Below are positions 1 through 9,134 of a stretch of DNA of 42,781 bases, piece after piece. Source of the stretch: Candidatus Hermodarchaeota archaeon (GTDB taxonomy: Archaea > Asgardarchaeota > Lokiarchaeia > Sigyniarchaeales > SOKP01); the NCBI GenBank assembly GCA_048885535.1, contig JBHLLO010000022.1:1-42781 (forward strand), read 5' to 3'. The first letter of the stretch is position 1; every line of letters starts with the position of its first letter. The notes beneath the pieces were generated by a model that was given only the letters and a program-made list of their open reading frames with translations, did not search any database and was not told the origin of the DNA. The position numbers and the translations under genes are program-made.

Positions 1-70
<70 letters not shown>

Positions 71-330
71 TTTATTAATTTGTTATTTTCTTGGAATTTT
101 TACGGAGTTCTTAATTAACTTTCAATTTCTTTCTATTAACTCCGAATAGCTAAGTTTATATAATCAAAAGTTCATCATATAAACCTTCTAATAAAATGAA
201 AAAAATTATTTTTAAATAGATTAAAAGTGAAAATTATCTTTGAAAATTCTACAGTTTTAGATATGAACTCTTTAAAAGCGAAAAGCATATTAATAATAAT
301 AGTTTTAAATATTTGAAAGAAGCTTTGAAT

Positions 331-462
331 GGGCCTGTAGATCAGTGGAAGATCATTGATTTGTATTCAACAAATTAACCTTAAGCTTGACGCATTGTAA
401 GCAATTTGCTTGGTGCAAGTCTTGCACTCAAGAGGTCACGGGTTCAATTCCCGTCAGGTCCA
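331..462 (+). tRNA. tRNA-Ala(TGC) with two introns (355-384 at 25/26; 392-421 at 32/33)
   Basis: Acceptor GGGCCTG/CAGGTCC+A with the G3:U70 Ala identity pair; D stem GATC/GATC; after removing both introns the anticodon arm is CTTGA-CT-TGC-AC-TCAAG; T arm ACGGG-TTCAATT-CCCGT; both introns fold into BHB-type motifs. Confidence 0.92.
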
Positions 463-537
463 TTTTTTAACTAATTTAAAAATCCTTAAAAAATCAATCA
501 ACTTTAAGTAAAGTTATAGATTTTTTAAAATGAAAAT

Positions 538-708
538 ATGTTGAAAATAATGAGTATTTTAGGTATTTTTGAAACTATATTATTATACATTTTTCAAGCA
601 GATTTATCACCAGAACAGGAATCTTTTATTTTTATTGTAGTTATTTTTGGAATTATTCTACTAATCATAATTTTAATATATATTTTGGTAACTTCAAGAA
701 AAGAATAA
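538..708 (+). CDS. Putative small membrane protein (56 aa), not in the ORF track
   Basis: ATG..TAA ORF MLKIMSILGIFETILLYIFQADLSPEQESFIFIVVIFGIILLIIILIYILVTSRKE; strongly hydrophobic C-terminal helix followed by a basic tail; fills the gap up to the convergent GTPase gene. Confidence 0.5.
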   Translation: MLKIMSILGIFETILLYIFQADLSPEQESFIFIVVIFGIILLIIILIYILVTSRKE

Positions 709-711
709 TTC

Positions 712-1923
712 TTATTTACCCGTAACTATTTTGATAACATCATTATGTTTTAATATATAATTTTCTCCCAATCTTTTTTTAGTTATACCATGAATCCCAA
801 ACATAAATTTAGTAGCTAAATCTGTGTGAATCTTATCTTGAACAAAATCTTTTAAAAAAGTCCCTTGCTTAACAAGAAAAACATCAGGTAATACATTGCC
901 ACTATTATCAGTAAAATTGTTAATATCAGAAACAGGATAGACACATATTTGTTTTGCTATTTCAAAAACAGCATAATTTAAAGCTTTTTGGACTCCAGTT
1001 TCACCAAATCCATTAAGAATCTTAATTTTTATCTTTTCCAATGTTTCAGTTTCTTTTAAAGTCAGTTTTTCTTCTTTTAATATTTGAAATTTATCTGAAC
1101 CGGGGATATAGTCAATGCTTTTATCCTCATGAAAGGTCCTCAGAAAATATTCTGTTAAGGCACTACAAGGAATAATAGGTTTTGAATATTTTTCCTTTAG
1201 TTTCATATAATTATCTAAACCGTTTTCTTTGTCAATTTTATTCGCGACAACTAGAATAGGTTTTGAAATTTCTCTTAATGTTTTTGAAAAATGATATAAC
1301 TCATCATCTATCCAATCTGATGGACTTTTTTTTTCCAGTCCAGAATTTTTTAGAGCAATACTTATTTGCTCCATTTTAACCCTCACGCCAGACAATCTTT
1401 TATATAAAGCTTCAATAAATTTTCCTTTCTCTCGCGAATATGTTTTTAAAAATTTTGTCCAATCGCTTCTTTCAAGAATTTCCTTAAACCACAGGTTTAT
1501 TTCCCTCTCAAGGAAGATGACATCTTCATATGGGTCATTTTCTCCCGTTTGTATTCTTTTTCCCATTTTATCTAAAGAACCAGATATATCTAAAATATGT
1601 AATAGTATGTCTGCTTTACTTAAATCATTTAAAAACTTATTTCCTAAACCCTTTCCTTTATGAGCATCTGGTACAAGTCCTGCAACATCTAATAAATTAA
1701 TAGGGATAAATCTTCTTCCTTCAATACATAAGGAATTTATTGGATTATCTTTTACACTTAAATTTTTGCATAAACAATCTGACTTAACGTAGGCAACTCC
1801 TTTATTAGGATCTATAGTAGTAAAAGGTAATTCACTTACCTTTGCATTAGTTAAACAAGCGGCGTTTAAGAATGTGGATTTACCAGCACTAGGTTTCCCT
1901 ACAACGCCTATTATCAATGTCAT
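712..1923 (-). CDS. ychF: Obg-family translation-associated GTPase/ATPase (archaeal YchF/Ygr210 type)
   Basis: GKPSAGKST P-loop, PFTTIDPN switch I, DVAGLVP..G.GLGNKFL, ANKID, and a C-terminal TGS-like IHTDL...DVIKI segment. Confidence 0.9.
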   Translation of the reverse strand: MTLIIGVVGKPSAGKSTFLNAACLTNAKVSELPFTTIDPNKGVAYVKSDCLCKNLSVKDNPINSLCIEGRRFIPINLLDVAGLVPDAHKGKGLGNKFLNDLSKADILLHILDISGSLDKMGKRIQTGENDPYEDVIFLEREINLWFKEILERSDWTKFLKTYSREKGKFIEALYKRLSGVRVKMEQISIALKNSGLEKKSPSDWIDDELYHFSKTLREISKPILVVANKIDKENGLDNYMKLKEKYSKPIIPCSALTEYFLRTFHEDKSIDYIPGSDKFQILKEEKLTLKETETLEKIKIKILNGFGETGVQKALNYAVFEIAKQICVYPVSDINNFTDNSGNVLPDVFLVKQGTFLKDFVQDKIHTDLATKFMFGIHGITKKRLGENYILKHNDVIKIVTGK

Positions 1924-1954
1924 TAAATTATGATAAGATTTGTTCTCTTAAAAT

Positions 1955-3685
1955 TTATTTGTTCTTATTTTGTAAATCATATAAATTTTTAATGTATTCT
2001 TGAAGGATTTTCTGTTCCGATTGATCCTTTTTAAATAAGTTATTATATTCTTCCTTTTGAACATCTTTTAGTTTAATGGTTTTTAATCTCGAAATGAAGT
2101 TATACTTTAAAAATAAAATTAATCTCTTTATAACAATCTTTAGAGTCACTCTTCTTTTTCCTATTTCTCCTTTTGCTTTTAAGTCATTGGAATTTTCTAA
2201 TTTCTTCAAAATTGAATCATTTCTTCTATGAATTTCTGATACAGAGAGTTGATTATGCTTAATGAAAGGAACCCAAAGCAAAAAAGGGTCTTTTATTGAA
2301 TTAATACGCACTAAACAATTCCCCTCATCTAAAACTGATAAAAAATTCTTTTTATCTTCATCTAAATTCAACAATTCCAGCATTAAGTCTTTTTGTAGAT
2401 GACTTTGAAATGAAATTAATACTCCACAATTCGCTAATATCTCATTACTAATATTTGGACGTGTTGCTAAAGATATAAGACATTCTCCAGTTCCTCTTTG
2501 TAAAAGGGCAATATCTTCAAGATAAGATGTTATCTTTAATTTTTTGGATAAATCTTGAGGAGCAAAATATTGAGCATCTTCTATGATTGTAATATGTTTA
2601 ATTCCATTATATTTATCAGCTCCGGTAGTTATATTTAGGTCCCATAAATATTTCAAAATCATATTAAGAAAGAAAAGGGCATCTTCTTTTTCTCCTCCTA
2701 GACGAATTATTGAGCTAAGATCAAGTAACACATTCATAGATAGCAATTTGCATATCGAAATTTCATTCCTAGATTCAAATATTTTTTTTAGGGGTCCGTT
2801 TGAAAATCTTCTAATTCTATTTTTGATAGATATTAACGTTTGCTTTAACATTGGAATCGAAGTTTCATTTTTCTTTAAATATTCATCACATAATCTAAAA
2901 AATCCATTCCAATTTTGCAATTCTTTACTTTTACAAACTTTAATTAATACTTCTACCAATACTTTTTCCATTTGTGGGCTAAAATCAGCATTATCATCTA
3001 AAAATTTCCCACTTTTAAGGATATCAAAAATCCTTTCTGCGTGTATTAAGGGATTGGAATTTTCTGGATTAAAAATATTAATGGAAAAGTTCTCTCCAGG
3101 CCATAATACTAATGTGTTTTTTATTTTTTCTTGAAGAAAGTGATATTCTCCCTTAAATTCAACCAAAAAAAAAGGGATTTCATATAATTTTGTAAAATTT
3201 ATAAGGAAATTTTGCATGAAATTACTCTTACCTGTGCCCGTTGAGCCACATATAAACATATGTTTTTCTAAATCTTTGAGAGAAAGTAAAAAATCAAAAT
3301 TCATTGAAGAAGTTTTTATAACTTTCCCAATTTTAATTGTTCCTTTTCTTGCTCTAAAAAATGAAGGAGCGTTTAATCTTATTATATTATTATCTGTGTG
3401 AATATGGGATGCAAAAAAAAAAATACTAGAAATTCCAAAAAATAAGATCGAAAGATTGAATATTGAAATTCGTCCGATATTATCCTCAAGAGTTTCTAAA
3501 ATGTGATTTGATTCCAATATTATGAAATAAGTGATTTCATATATAAAAAAAGCCAGTAATACAATAAAGAGAGAATAAATTATAGGTTTTAAAATAATTA
3601 AAGAAGAACCTTTCTTTTTATATAAATAGTTAGTAATATTAATTATTAGATTAATAATATTGAAAATGAAATAAACTAAAAGCAT
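1955..3685 (-). CDS. HerA/FtsK/VirB4-like (DUF87) ATPase with N-terminal transmembrane helices
   Basis: About three hydrophobic N-terminal segments; HMFICGSTGTGKS Walker A; VEFKGEY motif; IIEDAQ Walker B variant; ILANCG motif typical of the HerA clade. Confidence 0.75.
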   Translation of the reverse strand: MLLVYFIFNIINLIINITNYLYKKKGSSLIILKPIIYSLFIVLLAFFIYEITYFIILESNHILETLEDNIGRISIFNLSILFFGISSIFFFASHIHTDNNIIRLNAPSFFRARKGTIKIGKVIKTSSMNFDFLLSLKDLEKHMFICGSTGTGKSNFMQNFLINFTKLYEIPFFLVEFKGEYHFLQEKIKNTLVLWPGENFSINIFNPENSNPLIHAERIFDILKSGKFLDDNADFSPQMEKVLVEVLIKVCKSKELQNWNGFFRLCDEYLKKNETSIPMLKQTLISIKNRIRRFSNGPLKKIFESRNEISICKLLSMNVLLDLSSIIRLGGEKEDALFFLNMILKYLWDLNITTGADKYNGIKHITIIEDAQYFAPQDLSKKLKITSYLEDIALLQRGTGECLISLATRPNISNEILANCGVLISFQSHLQKDLMLELLNLDEDKKNFLSVLDEGNCLVRINSIKDPFLLWVPFIKHNQLSVSEIHRRNDSILKKLENSNDLKAKGEIGKRRVTLKIVIKRLILFLKYNFISRLKTIKLKDVQKEEYNNLFKKDQSEQKILQEYIKNLYDLQNKNK

Positions 3686-3916
3686 TTTACCTATTTATAT
3701 ATTGAGTTTTTTAAACTACACTTAAAGTTTATAATTTCATTCTGAGTTTAACGTTCAGAGTGCCTAAACATGAAATATTGAAAGCATTATTCTTCTCTTA
3801 TTTATATTAAGTCAATTTTAGTTTTAATTCCGTAAACTTTTTTAATTTTATGACTTAGAGATCATTATATATATAAAATATAAAAACTAGTCAAAGTTAA
3901 CTAAACGTGAATTAAA

Positions 3917-5521
3917 ATGGCTCAATTATCAGGAGTCCCTATCCTTATTCTAAAAGAGGGAACTGAAAGAAAAAGGGGCAAAGATGCCCAAAAAAATAAC
4001 ATAAGTGCTGCTAAAGCAGTATCCGAGGCTGTTAGAACAACATTAGGCCCAAAAGGTATGGATAAAATGCTTGTTGATTCTCTTGGTGATGTGACAATAA
4101 CTAATGACGGAGCAACTATTCTAGACACTATCGATGTTGAACATCCTGCAGCAAAAATGATGGTGGAAGTAGCCAAAACACAAGATGAGAAAGTAGGAGA
4201 TGGTACTACCACCAGTGTGATTATTTCTGGAGAATTGTTAAGTTTAGCACAAGAGTTAATGGAACAAGCAGTTCATCCGACTATTATATTCCGCGGATAC
4301 AGAAAAGCCTTAGTAAAAGCCAAGCAGATTCTCAAGGAGTTAGCTACAAATATTGATATAAATGACAAAGACATCCTGAAAAAGGTGGCAGAAACTTCAA
4401 TGAATAGTAAATTGATTTCTAGCGCAAAAAATCATTTTGCAGATATTGCAGTTAAAGCAGTCATCCAGATTAAGGAAAGTAGAGGAGATAATATATACAT
4501 AGATTTAGATCAAATTCAAATAATCAAGAAAGAAGGTAAAAGTTTGTTAGACACGAATATTATTGACGGAATTATTGTTGATAAAGAAGTTGTACATCCT
4601 ATGATGCCTAAATTAATTAAAAATGCTAATATCGCCTTAATAGATTCAGCTTTAGAAATAGAAAAAACAGAATTTGATGCTGAGATAAGAGTTCAGACTC
4701 CAGATCAAATTAATAAATTCCTTGAGGAAGAAGCAAATATGTTAAAAAGCAAAGTAGCGAAATTAAAGGAGATTGGAGCTAATGTAATTTTTTGTCAGAA
4801 AGGTGTCGATGATAAAGCTCAAAACTTCCTCGCGCAAGCAGATATAATAACTGTTCGCAGGGTTAAAAAATCAGATATGGAAAAACTAGCAAGAGCGACA
4901 AATGCTAAAATTGTTAATAATTTAACTGAGATTTCCACAAATGATCTTGGAAAGGCTGGAAAGGTTGAAGAAAGAAAGATTGGGGATGACAATATGATCT
5001 TTGTCTCTCAATGTGCTGATCCAAAAGCTGTAAGCATCTTGATAAGGGCTGGAATAGAACATGTAGTTGATGAAGCGGAAAGAATGTTAAATGATGCATT
5101 ATCAGTAGTAAAGGCTTCTATGGAAGTCCCATATGTCTTAGCTGGAGGAGGTGCTGCTGAAATTGAATTAGCAAAAAGATTAAAATCTTTTGCTAGCTCA
5201 ATTGGTGGAAGAGAGCAATTAGCAATTGAAGTTTATGCAAATGCTTTAGAAATTATCCCTAAAACCTTAGTTGAAAATGCTGGTTATAATCCAGTAGATT
5301 TGCTTGTTGAATTAAGATCTAAACATGAGTCAGACAATGGGCGTAATTATGGAGTAAATATTGATTTGGGTAAACCAGATGATATGATGGAATTAGGAAT
5401 AATTGAACCATTATCAGTTCTAACCCAAGCTATTCAGTCAGCGACAGAGGTTGCATCAATGATATTAAAAATTGACGATATAATAGCCGCGTCAGGACTT
5501 TCTAAAAAGAGCGAAGATTAA
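3917..5521 (+). CDS. ths: Thermosome subunit (group II chaperonin)
   Basis: [34 protein letters not shown] and ILKIDD motifs. Confidence 0.97.
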   Translation: MAQLSGVPILILKEGTERKRGKDAQKNNISAAKAVSEAVRTTLGPKGMDKMLVDSLGDVTITNDGATILDTIDVEHPAAKMMVEVAKTQDEKVGDGTTTSVIISGELLSLAQELMEQAVHPTIIFRGYRKALVKAKQILKELATNIDINDKDILKKVAETSMNSKLISSAKNHFADIAVKAVIQIKESRGDNIYIDLDQIQIIKKEGKSLLDTNIIDGIIVDKEVVHPMMPKLIKNANIALIDSALEIEKTEFDAEIRVQTPDQINKFLEEEANMLKSKVAKLKEIGANVIFCQKGVDDKAQNFLAQADIITVRRVKKSDMEKLARATNAKIVNNLTEISTNDLGKAGKVEERKIGDDNMIFVSQCADPKAVSILIRAGIEHVVDEAERMLNDALSVVKASMEVPYVLAGGGAAEIELAKRLKSFASSIGGREQLAIEVYANALEIIPKTLVENAGYNPVDLLVELRSKHESDNGRNYGVNIDLGKPDDMMELGIIEPLSVLTQAIQSATEVASMILKIDDIIAASGLSKKSED

Positions 5522-5563
5522 TCTCCTTTAATATTTTCTTTTTATTCTTTTTTTTTAAAAAAG

Positions 5564-6031
5564 TTAAAAATTATTTAATAATTTGAATTGACTTCCCCAC
5601 GAGAATTTTGAAAGGATTAAATCAGCCAAATCACCAAAATTAGTAATATATAATGCAGCAGCTAATGCCTCTACGGAACTCAGCTTTTCCCATTTACCAT
5701 AGTTAATTGGGTTACTAGCTATGAGAGGAGGCAATTTTCTTTGATTTTTAGTCTCTATCATTTGTAAATTTAAAATCTTATTCCAAGAACAATCAATAAC
5801 AATTAAACCATAATTTAAAATAATTGATCTATCACTAAGGCTTATTAACGTCTTGGAAAAAGGATTTAAAAAAATCCCATTTTTTAGACTTCCTTTTACT
5901 TTTCTTTTTATATTTAAAAGCCTGTACTTCTTTAACTTTAAGGAAGTACATTTTTTTGGATCACAATCATCATAGTGTATACAATAAAGTTTTGGAAAAA
6001 CTAAATCTGAATTATTCATATATGAAAACAT
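5564..6031 (-). CDS. tsr3: SSU rRNA aminocarboxypropyltransferase Tsr3 (DUF367)
   Basis: CDPKKCTS, IDCSW, RKLP.L.A.NPINYG, KLSSVEALAAAL and FSWG motifs. Confidence 0.93.
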   Translation of the reverse strand: MFSYMNNSDLVFPKLYCIHYDDCDPKKCTSLKLKKYRLLNIKRKVKGSLKNGIFLNPFSKTLISLSDRSIILNYGLIVIDCSWNKILNLQMIETKNQRKLPPLIASNPINYGKWEKLSSVEALAAALYITNFGDLADLILSKFSWGSQFKLLNNF

Positions 6032-6052
6032 TCTTTTGTTTTAACAAAAAAT

Positions 6053-7051
6053 TTAATCATATCGAGAACTAGTTAAAACATTAATTGATTTAATAAAATG
6101 TTCTGTGATTGGTTCTGATCCTATAATCTTTAATATCGAAAAAATAATATTTCTTGATTCGCACATAATAGGAATTCCTCCATAAGTTAAGCTGAATAAA
6201 CCTATAAAAGAAATATCTTGAATATTAAGATTGTTTTCGCTTTCAGAATACTTTAATCTACCTGAAGGACAAGTTATAATGCCATAAAAATTATTTGGAT
6301 CAAAACCTGAAATTGCGACGTAGCATAGAAGTTCTCCTAAGGAACTTCCAGCAGATTCCTCCTTCATTTTTTGAAAAGCTACATTAGCATTAGCTGAAAA
6401 GGCCTCAACTGAAATTGGTAATTCTTGTCCTGAGACTTCTCGAGCATCTAATGTTAACCCATTTGGGCTTACTAAACTATACCTGATATAAATTGGATTT
6501 TGAAGTGAATCTAAAATATAACTTATTGCGGGTAATAAATTTGTTTGGTCAAAATTTTCTGGAGAATAAGACATAAATGGAACTTCAGAACCCATACTAA
6601 ATAAATAAATAGCACTTCTTACTTTATTGGAAAATAGTTCAAGTTCTCCTTCTTTTTCTGCTTTATTGCCAAAGAACTCTCCTAATTTTTGTTTTAAATA
6701 ATACATGGAACTCGCAAGGTTATCCGCATCTAATGGCCATTCATTATGATAATTATGTACAATTGTAAGAAGAGTTTCGTTAATTTTAATCGTAATTAAG
6801 CATATTTTTTCAAAGTAAGTAAAGGAAATTACTTGATCTTTTATATTTAAATCATTCCAATTCTCTTCGCTTGCTGAGAAAGCTGCTGATGCTAAACTTG
6901 TTATCTGATTTGGATTTATTTCAATATCACTTTTCCTACCAATTTTTGCTATAGAGAGTCCATTTAAATCACATAATATAACTAGTATTGTTCCCTGGGA
7001 TGCTCTTAAAATTGAGGTTAAATATTTTATTAGAGAATCTCTTACACTCAT
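6053..7051 (-). CDS. Tandem Roadblock/LC7 (MglB/LAMTOR-like) domain protein
   Basis: Two repeats of the Roadblock pattern: helix, then VILCDLNGLSIA / YSLVSPNGLTLD, then a long helix (ITSLASAAFSASE / FSANANVAFQ), then three strands. Confidence 0.75.
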   Translation of the reverse strand: MSVRDSLIKYLTSILRASQGTILVILCDLNGLSIAKIGRKSDIEINPNQITSLASAAFSASEENWNDLNIKDQVISFTYFEKICLITIKINETLLTIVHNYHNEWPLDADNLASSMYYLKQKLGEFFGNKAEKEGELELFSNKVRSAIYLFSMGSEVPFMSYSPENFDQTNLLPAISYILDSLQNPIYIRYSLVSPNGLTLDAREVSGQELPISVEAFSANANVAFQKMKEESAGSSLGELLCYVAISGFDPNNFYGIITCPSGRLKYSESENNLNIQDISFIGLFSLTYGGIPIMCESRNIIFSILKIIGSEPITEHFIKSINVLTSSRYD

Positions 7052-7239
7052 TAAATAAATACCAATCTTTTTTATCTTAATCCATTGCTATTACTTGTTT
7101 TAATAACAATAATATTAATTCTTAAATATTTCTAATTTTTAATTTTATGTATCATTTTAGTTTTTATACCCGTTGATGTAAAAATTTAATAAATCTTTGC
7201 AATTTCTATTATTAAGTGTTTATAATCCTAAAACTTAGA

Positions 7240-7324
7240 GCGGGAATCGCCAAGTTTGGTCAAAGGCGGTGGACTTAGAATCCATTCTCGTAGGAGTTCG
7301 GGAGTTCAAATCTCCCTTCCCGCA
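7240..7324 (+). tRNA. tRNA-Leu(TAG), intronless
   Basis: GCGGGAA/TTCCCGC+A acceptor; anticodon arm GTGGA-CT-TAG-AA-TCCAT; long variable arm; T loop TTCAAAT. Confidence 0.96.
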
Positions 7325-7479
7325 TTAGAAAAAATCATTAATTTTTAGAAAATTGATACATGAGATTTAAGCACTCACGGTTTCTATTATAAAAAAATTT
7401 AAAATTAAAAATTAATTAGATTAAAATACTTAGAGCTATTTTGAAAACTTTTAAAGAAAAAAATGAAGGAAGAATTATC

Positions 7480-7585
7480 GCTCCTGTAGTGTAGTCCGGC
7501 CAAGCATACGGGGCCTTCACCCCCGCGACTTACGGACGCATATTTGCGGCCGTACGCGACCCGGGTTCGAATCCCGGCAGGAGCA
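7480..7585 (+). tRNA. tRNA-Glu(TTC) with an intron at 48/49 (7530-7560) and atypical C33
   Basis: GCTCCTG/CAGGAGC+A acceptor; anticodon arm CGGGG-CC-TTC-AC-CCCCG; 31-nt insert with central helix CGCG/CGCG, bulge ACT and intron stem TACGG/CCGTA; T arm CCGGG-TTCGAAT-CCCGG. Confidence 0.88.
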
Positions 7586-7673
7586 TTAAAAACTCCTTCT
7601 TTATAATTTAAAAATCCTAAACTATATTATTTCCATTTAAAAAGCAAGAAAAAAGATATGAGTTAATAATTAA

Positions 7674-7825
7674 CGCCCCGGGCATGGTTTTCGTTCCACT
7701 AGAACCTAAATGGAAAATCGAACATGCGACCGCCCGGTTAACTTCCGGAGGTATAATGAAAATTACCTTAGCCGGGTGCTTTTGGCACACCGAAGCAGTG
7801 CTCTACCTAACTGAGCTACCGAGGC
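7674..7825 (-). tRNA. tRNA-Asn(GTT) with three introns (~7780-7801 at ~23/24; 7743-7769 at 33/34; 7688-7716 at 59/60)
   Basis: Minus strand GCCTCGG/CCGGGGC+G73; spliced anticodon arm CCCGG-CT-GTT-AA-CCGGG; spliced T arm GCATG-TTCGATC-CATGC; BHB-type central helices GGTA/TGCC, CCGG/CCGG and TTCG/CGAA. Confidence 0.9.
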
Positions 7826-7999
7826 AAGATTCGGGGGTTTTATATATTTCTTTTTGTATAATAAAAGGTATTAAAACTCCTTTTTAGGTTTTTCGCTAAG
7901 TTAAATTATTCATTACTTTTAATTTTAAAATGGGATTTTTTATCTAAAAATAATAAAATCTGAGATTGAATCATGGATAATTAGGAATAACTAAAGCAA

Positions 8000-8530
8000 T
8001 TAAGTTTCAGCTTGACTTGCATAATATATTAACCATTTTGCCATGGCTTGGAAGGATTCATTAACATTAATGTTTTCTTTTGAAGAACAGAATACACACT
8101 GATTACATTTTGATTCTCCAGCATAACTATTAGCTATATCATAATGGACTTCATGATTAGCTAAATCCCACTTCATTCCTAAAAGAATAATTGGAATAAA
8201 TCCCGCCTTTTGCCGAATTATCCTTAACCATTCAGGTATTTCTCTAAATGTATCATAATCTGTTATATCGAAACAAATAAACGCCCCGCTTGCACCCTTA
8301 CAATAGTCTGGCAAAAGTTCTCGAAAACGTTTTTCCCCTGCAAAATCCCACAATTGCATTTTCACAGCCTCTCCGGTATCAAGAGTCTCAGATTTTGTGT
8401 GAAATCCAGCTCCTATTGTCATTTTATATCCCTCTTCAAATTTTCCGGTGCAATAACGCGTAACCATAGCAGTTTTACCTACTCCTCCCGCTCCTGCTAT
8501 AATTACCTTAAAAATCCATGAACTAAACAT
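8000..8530 (-). CDS. Rab-like small GTPase (Ras superfamily, eukaryotic signature protein)
   Basis: FKVIIAGAGGVGKT, Y..TIG..F, KMQLWDFAGEKRFR, FDIT; G4 variant MKWD; G5 CSSK; no C-terminal prenylation motif. Confidence 0.92.
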   Translation of the reverse strand: MFSSWIFKVIIAGAGGVGKTAMVTRYCTGKFEEGYKMTIGAGFHTKSETLDTGEAVKMQLWDFAGEKRFRELLPDYCKGASGAFICFDITDYDTFREIPEWLRIIRQKAGFIPIILLGMKWDLANHEVHYDIANSYAGESKCNQCVFCSSKENINVNESFQAMAKWLIYYASQAET

Positions 8531-8714
8531 CTTAACCCGATCTAAGAAGAATTAATTTAATTATAATAAGAAAGAATTTATTTTTATAATCTTCTTTAAA
8601 ATTTCGAAATAAAAATCTTATTTGAAAGTAATCTATTTGAAAATAAAAAAAGATTTTTATAAGATTTTATTCTATTATTTTGTATACTTTACAATATTAA
8701 ATTTTCAATATAAA

Positions 8715-8723
8715 AGGTTGTGA
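8715..8723 (+). promoter_or_regulatory. Shine-Dalgarno-like site for aIF1
   Basis: AGGTTGTGA matches 7 of 9 positions of AGGAGGTGA (complement of the 16S tail in this window) and lies 9 nt before the ATT at 8733. Confidence 0.5.
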
Positions 8724-8732
8724 AAAAAAAGT

Positions 8733-9074
8733 ATTAAAGACGACGATATTTGTCCTATATGTAGTTTTCCAAAAGAGCTATGTATATGTGATAGCTTAAG
8801 TGCCGACGAACAACAAATAATTATTTCTAACGATAAAAGAAAATGGGGGCGTGTGGTTACAGTTATTAAATTTGAAGGTAATTTTGATGCGAACTTAAAA
8901 GATATTTTAACTAAAGCTAAAAAGAAATGTGCTTCCGGAGGAACCGTTAGGGGAAATGAAATTGAACTCCAAGGAGATCACAAATTTAAACTAAAGAAAT
9001 TCTTGATGGATTTAGGATTTCCAGAAGAAAATATCATAATTCAGGAAAAAATTGAAGTTTCGCGTAAGGAATAA
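8733..9074 (+). CDS. sui1: Translation initiation factor aIF1 (SUI1/eIF1), probable non-AUG (AUU) start
   Basis: The frame extends 40 codons upstream of the GTG at 8853 as IKDDDICPICSFPKELCICDSLSADEQQIIISNDKRKWGR, the typical archaeal aIF1 Cys-rich N-terminus; core LK....KKKCASGGTV...IELQGDH; in-frame TGA at 8721-8723 with no ATG/GTG/TTG between it and 8853. Confidence 0.85.
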   Translation: MKDDDICPICSFPKELCICDSLSADEQQIIISNDKRKWGRVVTVIKFEGNFDANLKDILTKAKKKCASGGTVRGNEIELQGDHKFKLKKFLMDLGFPEENIIIQEKIEVSRKE

Positions 9075-9134
9075 AAATATTTTATTTGAAATTCAAGCCA
9101 AATCTTCTATAATAATACAAATCTTCAAGCTTCA

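Noticed and set aside
103-144. CGGAGTT/AACTCCG hairpin after the 16S end as a separate ncRNA or terminator
   Set aside because: Most simply part of the 16S 3' trailer; function cannot be assigned without the 16S 5' flank.
7240-7825. tRNA cluster as an integration site of a mobile element
   Set aside because: No integrase or transposase and no duplicated tRNA 3' end seen in the window.
7684-7887. 67-aa plus-strand ORF
   Set aside because: Lies antisense to the three-intron tRNA-Asn; no protein motif.
8853-9074. GTG at 8853 as the aIF1 start
   Set aside because: It would remove the conserved Cys-rich N-terminus and the first strand of the SUI1 domain.
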